Below, one piece after another: positions 50,434-61,800 of a stretch of DNA of 64,000 bases (position 1 is its first letter; every line of letters begins with the position of its first letter). The stretch is from contig KZ538144.1 in assembly GCA_000934665.2 (NCBI GenBank), positions 1 through 64,000 of the forward strand. The letters run 5' to 3'. Made by a program: the position numbers and the translations under genes. The notes beneath the pieces are model-generated. The model worked only from the letters and a program-made list of their open reading frames with translations, was not told the origin of the DNA and ran no database searches. The stretch comes from Catajapyx aquilonaris (taxonomy: Eukaryota).

Positions 50434-52253
50434 TTAGTTCGTGTCCATGTTATAGTCAACATCCATAGAAGGATCCGAGCTGTTGGACTGGTACTCAGAC
50501 TGTAAAGAAGTTCAGGATTTTCAACTGTTCTTTGGGAGATTAGTGCCGCTCATCATCATCATCATCATCATCATCATCACCACCACCACCACCACCACCG
50601 CACCACCACCATCATGGATCACATTATCATCATCATCGTTATTATGTGATAAAAAGCTGTGTTCACAAATATTTCCATCAATGCCAATCAGAGCTCAATC
50701 TAGTAATGAACTGACCCACATTTATATACCTTTTAAAATGTACAATTTGAGGGTTTTTTTTGTCCATTTTCTCTTGAAGTAGTCATGAAAACCTGACCAT
50801 TATTCAAACATGTACAGGGTCCCAAAAGTAAGTGTACACTGAAACCAAGTGCTTGCTGAAACATATATGCTTCAAAAGTAACTGCAGTGCCACTTGCAGA
50901 TCATCCTACACTGGTGTTGGAAATGTTCCCCCATGAGCCTGAAGACATGTCTGGATCCATATTCAGTGCACCATAATATTCTGGAGGAGTCAAGAGAATG
51001 AGCGGGCCAGATTATAAGCTTATGCAATATTATGTGTTTGGCAAAGATGTCCTCCAAGAACTGGAGTTGATTGGATTATCCTGGTTCCAGCAGGAGATGA
51101 TGTATATCTGCACAAGTTTTCACATCACTCCAGTTATTGGATGACATCTTTGGCAATATAATAATCTTGCATAGAATATGTCCTGCTCATTCTTGCTGTT
51201 TCTTAACCAATGCATGGTTATAATATTATTAAGATTTCTGTTATGAGATACAACTTTATCAATTCTGTCTCAAGGCTCAACACCGACGCCAGGGTGTGGT
51301 CCTCCTCCTGGAAATTTGGCCACTCTGAGGATCTTTAACGTGTACTCGCGCAATGTCACAAGCACACGGGACCGACGTCTTTACTTCCCCTCCGAAGGAA
51401 GGGGCACTCCAACTTTTCTACCACCCGGAGAAAAGTCGCCGACCTCGGCCGGGTTCGAACCCACTTTGGGACCTAGGAGGCGTATACTCATCCAGGTCAC
51501 TCGCAATCGACAAAGTCGATTGACGTCAAAATGACGTCGCCAATTCTCCTCGCCCTGCCCTGGTCATCATTGGCGACGTCATTTTGACGTCAATCGACTT
51601 TGTCGATTGCGAGTGACCTGGATGAGTATACGCCTCCAGAGGCGAGCCCGCTAACCACCAGTCCACCAGCGCCGGTTATGAGATACAACTGTGGGAACGT
51701 GCCTACAATGTTTATGAGTGGGATTTGGAAACATTTTTTTGATATTCTTGAGGAGGGAAGGAGCGAGACAGGTAAGATGAGATGATGTTCAATGTGAGAA
51801 ATATTCGGCTGTCTCAAAAGTATGCAGATAAATGTTTCGATTCTTACTTTTGGTGGCGATTCATCAACCTCCATGTCACACACCATCATGTCGTCGTTGC
51901 TGATGGAGGACCCAGATCGGTTTTGAACGTTCACATTCACGTTCAGAAGGTATTTATTGGGTTTCGGCTTCTTCGTTTCTCCTTTTTTTTCCTCATTGGG
52001 AGGCGGGCGTGGGCGGCCCATTACTCTGGTGCTTGAGGCGGGATATGCTACTATATACGTATCTGTAAAGCTAGACCAACAAATGCATGATGTGGATCAT
52101 TCATATTTTTTGGATCCAATAACCTGAGAATGTCAGATTGGTATAGTGCTGCTTAATACAGTCGGCATACAGTCCGCCCCCACTGGCCCCTGAGCCCCCA
52201 GCTATCAACCAGAACTCGGCATAAGCATAATTATATAAAGTGTGGCCAGACAT
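50434..52253 (-). CDS. Putative orphan spliced gene (~136 aa, 3 exons), product unknown
   Basis: Exons 52253-52124, 52062-51848, 50499-50434 join in frame across a 61-nt GT-AG intron and a 1.35-kb GTAAGA...TTTACAG intron. Start context AAAATG. No recognised domain. Confidence 0.5.
51256..51674 (-). mobile_element. SINE family C (tRNA head, Nin/Deu-like core) with a nested palindrome
   Basis: 16-bp TSD gttatgagatacaact (51240-51255, 51675-51690); B box GGGTTCGAACCC; core GGATCTTTAACGTG...CACACGGGACC...TCCGAAGGA. Confidence 0.82.
51476..51637. mobile_element. Perfect palindromic MITE (69-bp arms, 24-nt loop)
   Basis: 51476-51544 is the exact reverse complement of 51569-51637. Confidence 0.9.
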
Positions 52254-52612
52254 TTTTCTTTGAGAAGGACAGTCCTCCTTTTGAGCACTCTGTCCTTCGT
52301 CCTTTTTCACCTCAAGAAGGACGTTAATTTGACCTTCTTTTTGGAGCCTGTCTTAAAAAATTATATAAATCCTTACCCATAGAACAGTGCGGTACGGAAC
52401 AGTAGAACGTTCGGTAACTCAAAGCCACAATAACCGCTTATGATATTTTAAAACTGCTCTGTTAATATTGACTCTGTTTACACCACACAGGTAGTACTGT
52501 GCTAACATGTGTCCGTACGTTTTGAATATTAATTTTAGAAAGAAAAAAATGCCACAAAATAGCATTCACCTTATTACCGGTGCAGTGTCATTTGACAAAT
52601 AAATTCTCTTAA

Positions 52613-52983
52613 CCCTGGAACCGTGACGTGGGGTTTTTTAGGCCCCCAAAGGAATTAAAATGCATTAAAATGATAATTACAATGAACTTTTGTCATTTAA
52701 AAGTATATAACAGGAAGTGCATGTTTATTTTGAATTAGCGATCATTTTAGGCATTGTTCAAAGAATGATTGCATATATAGGGCCGGTTTCACCGAGCCCG
52801 GTTTTGATTTTTAAAAACCGTTCTTTCGGAAAATCCCTGCAAATAGAATAGGGATTTTCCAAAAGAACCGGGGTTTTTATCAAAACCGGGCTCGGTTAAA
52901 CCGGCCAATAGTCAATACATTGAAAAGTATTACCATATATAAAAATAAATAAATTTTAAAATATGGATGTTGCCGTAACTTTC
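52613..52983. mobile_element. piggyBac-like MITE, copy 2 (right end lost) with a nested hairpin MITE
   Basis: TTAA|CCCTGGAACCGTG start, collinear with 48946-49231. The nested ~127-bp hairpin at 52781-52907 (GGCCGGTTT...AAACCGGCC, TAG duplicated, Harbinger-like) is absent from copy 1. Confidence 0.8.
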
Positions 52984-55618
52984 ATATACATTGGCTTGCG
53001 CGAGAGTGGGCGGGGTTCGAAGTTAGATGTCCACCGACAATAGCAGCTGTGTCCTTTTTGGAGATTTGGAAATGGCCACCCTTGGGCCACCCGGGCCACC
53101 CGGGCCACCCTTGATGAGCAGCAAACAAGCGATTTGAAATGTGCGTCAGATTTCTGAATGTTTCTTATTTACAAGACTGGTAAATAAAACTTGTGCGATC
53201 CTACTTCCAACTCTATCGAACCCTGATTGGTCGACCGGTAGGGGGCGGGGCTAATTATGATTGACAGGACGCAAGGCACCTTCCAAAACCCCGAAGTTAG
53301 CTTTCCCCTACTGTAGTAAGCTTGTATGGAGATATTCATTGAGAATGAGATATTACTTGTTAGATAAATATTAATAACAGTAGTTTACCTTAACGTGTGT
53401 AAATATTCTGCCTCCTCAAAGTGTATATTGATGAAATAACTATCAACTCACATCCAGGGTAACGTACAGTACAGCAACAATGACAAAGTTCCAATATAGG
53501 CCATTATTATTCCCGTCCACATACAAGAGAAGGACACTGAAATCCAAAGACACTGTTCCTCTTTGAGGGCCTAAATTAAGAATTATTTAATGCTAATTCT
53601 CAATGAATGAAAAATCTGACGAACAATTACCTGAAATTTTAATAAGACATGTAAATACATTATTATTAAAATTTTATGACAGTAAAAATATACAGTATTT
53701 GGGCATTTACTACATAGGGCAAGCTTTTATGAGAACAAACTCTGATTAGGTATTTATTAAATCCCTTCTTCACTAGTAGTAATACTTGTTTGGTACAGTA
53801 TTTGCATCAAGGCACAAGATTTGTTATCTATGGTCAATTCCCAAGATTCCTAGCCATGATCCAGTGCGAAGAATCGAGATTACATTTGGAATCTGACCCT
53901 TAAAAAAGAGTTGCTGAAACTAAACTCTTCTGGTGGAGTCCGTTCACTGAAAGAATAAGTTGCCTGACTCATGGCATCCAACTCTTCATCATCTGTATCT
54001 TTCAACGCAACTTCAAGCACTCAACATGATCAGAGATAATTTTTTGTGAGACAAGATCATGCATGAAAATAAACTAGTCCCAAAGGTAAAACATGCCTGG
54101 ATAAAATCTCATCAAAATTGCACTTTGTCAAGATCGCAGAAGTGAGAAGGTGACCCTATCGGCCTCCCCAGTGAACTCATGTTGTTCTTGATGAAAGAAT
54201 GGCAACAATATCCAAAGAGCGTCAGAGGATGTTGTCTCTTTACCATGCAAAATGTGGTCTGCATTATTCTGCGAGAGCTCCAAATGAATTGTCCCCTTCC
54301 ATAACATGCAGAGACACAATGCAAACTGAGCTGAGACACATGATGATCCTGAATGATGGACAACACACTTCTGACAGAAATTCCAACGTCTAACATAATT
54401 ATAGATTAAGCAAGACTCGAGTTCACTGCAGAAAACTTCTAATTTGATGTAACCATCTGAATTTATTTGTCAAATATCATGTGCAGTCCTGAAAAAAATT
54501 ATCAAGATAGCAGCAACTCTACCATGACATCTACATTTATTTTTCCACATGTTTACATCTGTATAATAATCACCTTACACTCCCTACTTACTTTTTTCCT
54601 GACAGCACTGTACAATGTTACACTTTTTATCGATCATGCAAGTGAAAAAACATGTATACTGAAGATAACAAGTCTCCCTCCCCCCTCCCTGATCTCCAAA
54701 CATTATGCAATGATTGTAATTCTTTGGCAACTAAAAGCATCAAAAAGTGTATCTTTGTGCAAGGAATGATTAACTTTTACCTCCCCTTCCCCCCATTTTG
54801 ACAATTTTTCAAGAAAAATAATACATGAAAGGACATGAAAACACATCAAATGTTCAGCCACAAGTAGTAAAATCCTCTTTTCCTTCTACTTACAAGCCAC
54901 CTAAGGAAATATGTACATTTGAGTTTTATTTGCTAATGTATAGGGGGCAGCGACCATAACAAAAAGTAACAGTTCCAGGAAAAAATACTGACGGCTTTAA
55001 ACTTTTCTTCTCAGAATAAAAGGATAATTCCAAAAAGATCTGTAGAGGACGTGGGTTGCATTTTCCAGAATAGGAATTCTCTGCTAACTATAATCTCGTG
55101 CAACTACTTGCAAAAACAGTGAATTTATACTGAAATGACACACAAATTTTTTTTTCCACCACAGACGATTGTATTTAGGTGGTACAACTACCTCCTCTTA
55201 GAGAGAGAAAAAAAAACAAGGATATATTGCTCTCTTATTTTGTGCCTGAGAACAACTTATATGAAACAATCATCAGAATCATCGACCATCATGACAATTC
55301 CCTGCAACAGGAATAGTCACTGACTGATACAAGTTAAGCAACTCTCAAAATCTTTGAGATACAGTACACTTACAGGTAATAAAACAATCTTATTTTAATA
55401 GCTTGCATGATATCAGGGCCATAAAGGGACTATCATGTTTCTTCAACTGTGGCATTAGAACAAAAAATGCAATAACTTGTATTTTCTGCCCAAATGAGTT
55501 GCTGCATTTTCACAATGATTGCACAATTGGCTTAATGAACACAAAAGAGTTATTTCACCACTGACCATCACATGCTAATCCCTATTACGCTTGAACGGAT
55601 TTAATATGCCCAGTCTGA

Positions 55619-55800
55619 GGGCAGCACGGTGGTGTAGTGGCTATCACCACAGCCATCAACCTCCGAGGTCTGTCAGAGCCTCAGATCGGACAGAGACATT
55701 TCTCATGTGGAAAGAATTTCGATGGGGTTTGTGTTTGCATGAATTTTCGCAGGGTTCTCTCGTTTCCTACCACAATCAAATTCCATCACAGTGCAGCAAT
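55619..55800 (+). mobile_element. SINE family D, degraded
   Basis: tRNA-like head GGGCAGCACGGTGGTGTAGTGG; later GGGTTCTCTCGTTTCCTACCAC. Confidence 0.6.
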
Positions 55801-56450
55801 TGAATAGAGTCAGGTATTTAAATGACGATCCCTAAAAGACCTCAGTAGGCCATTTATGGTTTATCCAATTGATATGCGCAAGCTGGCTTATAATCTTTGT
55901 GCATCTCTTAAGTGGCAAATGTGACAGTCCTCCGTAGTGAAGAGTTTGTAACATTCCAACTTCACTTATTCCTGGTGGGCTTTCGATACAAGTACCACCT
56001 GGATTCATAATTCATAATACTCATGAAATTAAATGTGGCAATATGCAATCACTTGATATCCTGGGAAAAGCAATCCGTAACTACCCTACAGATTTGTTCA
56101 CTTTTTGGATCATGTCCGTTGATCTGGTTTACAATTGAGATAAAGGCTCTAGTTAACTCTTTAGTTCTGGCTCTCTCTTTCTCTCTCTCTTTTCCCTTGC
56201 CCAAAAGTACATTTGCACAGCCCTTCCTACTCCCTAGACCAGTTCAAAGGGTGGCTGCAGGGGTGAGGAATTTCTTAATCCAACTGAACTGGTAAAAGTA
56301 AGTAAGTCTTGAAAACAACAGGAAGAAAATGTTCCCTATGGCAATGAGGGCCTGTGAACTGGAGACACAGGACAGGCAACTTGAGGCCTGGCCACAGGCA
56401 AGGGCGGTAAAATTCCCAATCCAAGTGTGTGTGTGTGTTCATGTCTTCAA

Positions 56451-56742
56451 TAAGGTCTGGGGACGGAAGTTTGTGCTTTTACTGTAGCTGTGGGATGTCT
56501 GTCCCCACAGTTCGAATTGTGGGGACATTTGTCGGTCCCCACAGTTTCACACACGCGATGTGTAGTATTACAGTGGGGACATGTCTAAATTAGTGGGGAC
56601 ATGTCCCCACTATTTTCATTTGTAGGGTTTCACAAAAGTCCATTTTTCTCAGCCTAGGTTAGTTAGGGTAGGGTAGGGTAGGGTAGGGTAGGTTAGTTTA
56701 CACTAGCTTCGAAAAGTTGAATTTCCACGTCCCCACTCCTTA
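56451..56742. mobile_element. MITE with GTGGGGACA repeats and (GGTAG)n
   Basis: Termini TAAGGTCTGGGGACGGAA / TTCCACGTCCCCACTCCTTA; the same left end begins again at 63987-64000. Confidence 0.65.
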
Positions 56743-58860
56743 GTGAAGACAAGGCTGTGTGTGTGTGTGTGTNNNNNNNNNNNNNNNGGGGGGGGGGGGG
56801 ATACCACTTAAATGGCTTTCCCAGTATAAGGTTAGTGACAGGTAATCTATTGGACCGATATTATGACAACTTTAGCCTTAACTTAAAAGCTTAATAATGT
56901 ATTTAGCACACTTCCTCTTGAATAGTGCACATTTCTGTTAGTAAATTACAATGGAACCCCTGACATGAGTAACTTTTAAAGGAACTGAAGAGTGTTGGCA
57001 TTACAAAATTGTTATTATGAGTATTATGCTTAGTACAGTTTCGTATTACTATGCGCAGGTCATGACTCTTACTACAGAGGTGTCATTGTAACTAGCCAAT
57101 AGACAAAACTTTTGCCCTACAATTGGCAGCCTCAGAAGAATTAAGGTACTTTTCAATGTAATTTAAAAATTACATTTGAGATCAAATTGGGAAGCAAATT
57201 AAGAAAGAATAACAGTAGAGTGTACCACAGGTGAAAAACATGCTGAGAAAGTACCATAATATATATATGAGTCTTACTTTCAGAGTGAAAAAACAAATTT
57301 TCATAACTATGCCTCAGATGCATAATAAGGCAATGAGGACTGAGCTTTCACATAAATCCTGCCAGTTCATTGGCTACTTCAGGGGGGAAGAAATAACAAA
57401 CACATAGGTAAAAACTTGCGCCTTTGGAACTTTTGTACTATCAATTCTACGTTTTTAAAAATCTAATCGAGCAAATTCCTGCTGCACAAGATCAAAACAT
57501 TCAAATCAAAAGGCAGTGCAAAAGCTCCTCTTTCCACTCATTCCAATTAAATAAAAAATGCAAATGAGTGAACAAAATAAAAACATAACTTCCATTACAC
57601 TTGATCAGCAGTCATTTAAGAGAAAGAACCAGTTGTATGAATGCAATTTTTTTTATAAATTTCGCCCTTTGTCAGCACAAAATCTAGGACGCAAAAAAAT
57701 ATTATTGCATGAGCCCACACTTTCTCAAATCGTCAGTAAAATTTTATGCAAATCAACATATGTCCCAATATTCACCCATTTTCCAAGAGAAGTGGAGATT
57801 ATCCCTCCAAAGTCCAAACACCTTTGCATTTCAATTTACTATGTTGTTTTTGGATCCTATGTGACGTGATAAGGTATGCCTTGCGAAACATGACCAGGCT
57901 CTGTACCAATGAGCACAGACCTCCAGAATGATGAGCAAAACCATTCCAACAAAGGCAGGCAAAGGCAATGTCTCTTCAGACATGTCAGGTGAGTTCACCA
58001 GAAATGGGGTTGTTTGGACTGAAGTGTCAAGTGTCAGTGACAAAGATCATGATTGCTGATGAGACAGCCTAGGTAGGTGGGGATCATGCAATTGTTCCAA
58101 TCAATATGGTATGAAAGGAAGATAGGGAGCAGGGATGGTGGTGGGGAGGATGGGGGGCTGGATGGGGGAAAAGTGGGGAAGTTACAACCTACCTATAATG
58201 CATGTTTTTGTACTACTTACAAATAAAATCTTGACGATTCTGACATGTTTTTAGAGTTACAAGGTATTAAGGCTACAACAAATTTTTGCATACGGTATCT
58301 CTTGTACATATTTCTGTACAGTATAATCTCATAGGTTTGTAAATCCAGTCCCATGTTTGGAATGGGCCTAAAGAGAAATGTCATCATTTATGTCCATGTG
58401 AGATTCACTCATCAGCATAACTACCCAAAAATTAGATAGTTGCAGAAGTCCAGTTTTTAAAATCTCAAATTTTCAGTACTTAATTTGCATTCATACAACC
58501 AGCCCTAAGAGGAAATGCACTGAAATCAACAATTGCACATTTACTGCTGCATTAGTGAAAGACACGAATTAAAATCTACACCAGTCCTCTTTATACCACA
58601 AAAGTATGTAATACTGCTTGCATGTCATCTCCAATTTAAATCCTGATATACAACATTTCACAACATAAAAAACGTCAAAGAAACAAGAACAGAAAAATGA
58701 AAAGACTAGCATCCTTCATAATGGCAACTGATTCAAAACACCCCCAGTACTTATAATAAATTTCTACCCAGAAATTTTTCATCCATATACGTTTTTTCCA
58801 TCAACTTTTTCTCTACCAGGCATCCATCCTTCCTTTTTCTTCCTCTACTAACCCCCATCC

Positions 58861-61800
58861 TTAATGGAACCTGTACTGACGAGCAGGTTTGAGGTTAACA
58901 TAAGTCTTCTTCATGGCTTCAGTCTCTTCCTTCTTAACCTCTGAAAACCTCTCTCCTTTCATGCTCACAATCACATTGTCCCTGTACCTGATCAGCTTCT
59001 TGGGTTCCTGAAAAAGCAATAATTTAAAGTTAATATCCACATGGCCACACTCAGCAGAAACATGAGTTCATCTTTAATCTGACAAAAGGAATTCAACATT
59101 TTTGCTAAAATCAGATTATGGCCTCTGCCAGCACCATCAAGTGTTGGGTCACATTCTGACAAAATGGGGAACATGTGGGACAAGTGGCATCAGAGTTATA
59201 ACAGAAAATTAAAAGGCCATCCTATGTATTTGTATAGCAGTTTGCAGGTTTCTTGACTGATTCTTATGAGCTTGGGAACACAGCCCAAGTATGGTTCCTC
59301 TACAAGTCCACATCTACATGTTCATAGTTTTGGCACAATCAGTTGTTTGTGAATATTTTCAACGACTTCTGATGGAGACAATCTCAGTTGTTTGGCCACT
59401 ACATAATTATTGCTACACTGACACGTTTCATTACAGTATACAGGGTGTATCAAAACTCTACCATAAGCCATGTACCAATGGCATAAGGGGCACCAGAGCA
59501 TCATTATATGTAGAGGGGTCATCATCTCTAGGCCGCCTCATTACGGAGATAATTGCCTTCAAACACGTAGTACAAAGTATCCTGGGAGGTATGGAAACCT
59601 TCAGCCCCGACATCGCATCACTCGTGAAAATAGCAGCTTTTCCATTTATCTACTAGCATGTCGCATGTGTACTGCATGTCGCATGTGATCTGTGACCATT
59701 TGTGACAATCTGTGACAATCTGTGACAATCACTCTTAGGCCCAATTGCTAAAACGCAAATGATCAATTATCTCAGTAATGAGGCTGCCCAGACATAATGA
59801 CTCCTCTACATTAATAATTGATCCCCTGGTGCCCATTAAGCCATTGGCATATGGCTTATGGTGGAGTTTTGATACACCCTGTATTGTAAGCATACTTGCC
59901 ACACAGGTGAAGTTCGCCTAGCACGAAAATCACCTGCATGTCAATATGACAAATATGAAGAGGGAGGCGAAGTGGCACTGCGGTAACATATGCCCCCATG
60001 GATGCTAAGGTCCCGGGATCAAATCCCGCTGGAGGTTCCCCCCTTCATCTCATGCAGAGTTTGTTAGAGGTCGTCTCTGGCTTCGTCTCGGGTGGTATCT
60101 CCGTTAGACAAACCACCTGGGGGAGTTCACAAAATGACCACAGCACTGACATTGCACTGCACTTTGCACATCCCCTCCTGTCATCCCGCCTGTGAGCCCG
60201 GGCTTACATTAATAGGTACCATGTATGAGCCGTCAAAAATAAAGGTCCGTGTGATAAACCCTATATAGGGTGAAAGCACTACCCCCGGGGTTATTATTAT
60301 TAATATGACAAATACGAATTACTAGAGAATGAATCGCTCCGGATCCTGTACAAGAACCGCTTCCACTATTTCTCAGTACCCTTGGCATCCGGTAACCGGA
60401 AGCTCTTTGCGAACATGGGAGCGGTTGTAGAAGCAGAACCGGATGCCTTTTTTGAAGATGCAACCGGTTCTGTGGAAGCGGTTCTCGTGTCTTAACCAGT
60501 TCCTCGTTCTCTTTCGCCCAAGGGGGGTATTCACTGCGACACTGCCTGTAAAAGTGTACATAGGCACGCAAAAAGAATGTCCGGGGAGAGTCTTTGTTCA
60601 GCCTGGTGGAGGCAAACCATTGCACCTGGGTAGCTAAGGGAGGAGGGAAAAAGCTCAGCAGATAAGCACGGACGTACACACAAGTGTGTGTGTACACATC
60701 TGTGCAATGGTTTGCCTCCACCAGGCTGAACGAAGACTCTCCCCGGACATTCTTTTTGCGTCCGATAGTACACTGGAGCACAAACAGTCAAATGGTGACA
60801 TATGTTGGTCAAACTGGCTTCTGGAAGACCTTATCGCACAGCTTCATCATAACAGAGCACAAGGTCTAGCCGAAAGTTGATAGGATTTCTGCGGCACCTA
60901 CACCATGTCCGACTCGGAGGATACACCTCCACCCAAGAAAATGAAGAGGCTGAATTTGTCTGGGTGTATTATGAATACAACAAAGCCTCCAACTCGTAAG
61001 CCTGCAAGCATGGGCCATGGGTGGCACTCGGTCCGGACGTGGGTCCCGGAGCGGCCAGGACCTCTATACTGGTCGTAGCGAATGGGCTGGCCTGCCGAAC
61101 GATGACGCTAACCGATCGCATGGAGCGTAGTCACGAGATCGGTCGAAATGAGTTCTGTTGTGGCTCATTCCCGACGGGAGCATTACATACAATACGACTC
61201 TAACAAAAACAGTCGATTTTGCCTGCAACGCCGAGAACCCAGAAAACACAACACGCTTAGCACGAAATCAGTACATGTCTTGGGAACCCACAGAAGCGCT
61301 TCTCGCAGTGGTTACTGGATTTGCAACTGAGTGAGAACCGATTGCAACAGAATATTGTCGAATAGGTTCTGAAAGGTTCTGAAAGTGGTATTTAAGTGCT
61401 TCCATATTTGTGAAGCGGTTGTCGGTGGCGGAAGCCGTAAGAAGCGGTTCTGATGGGAAGGTCGCGGTTCTTTTTCCATCCCTGGCAGTACCCCATGCAG
61501 CAATGGAGTTCGCCCAGTTAGTAAGAATTTTCGAAGTGGCTACCGAGTTCTGAGAATCCTTCAGGGAATCTGGCTGGTGTAATTATTTTTGAAGATTATT
61601 GATATTTTTAAACAGCAAAGTATTACATTGCACTGCAATTTATTGGTACTGAAAAATAAATTCATGACATTCTTCCTTCTTGGGCTGTGACTTTAAAATA
61701 GAACAGCTATCAGAATCTTGGCTTGGAGGAAGGACATTTGGTGACTATTCCCAGTGTTATCTCAGCATCTGTATCTTTAGCTTAGCATGAGATGTGTGTG

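Noticed and set aside
52124..52253. Faint resemblance of the orphan N-terminus to the STING ligand-binding helix (YNYAY...GL...NLTF...YP)
   Set aside because: There are only a few scattered identities, no transmembrane region and no rest of the domain. It cannot be supported without a profile search.
56480..56615. Spaced GTGGGGACA repeats resembling a CRISPR array
   Set aside because: The units are short, occur in both orientations with irregular spacing, and sit inside a MITE in a eukaryotic context.
57831..58043. 70-aa minus-strand ORF with a hydrophobic stretch
   Set aside because: It has no convincing splice sites or family match and may lie in the CUEDC2 3' UTR.
60248..60282. Hammerhead-like look of the SINE A tail (GTGATAA-stem-GAAA)
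   Set aside because: The CUGANGA core is broken (no 3-8 pair), GAAA is absent in the 62.86-kb copy and there is no stem I/III with a cleavage triplet. A LINE-recognition hairpin explains it better.
60233..60781. 182-aa ORF and overlapping ORFs with repeated peptide segments
   Set aside because: They arise from the inverted repeat and SINE sequence and have no protein character.
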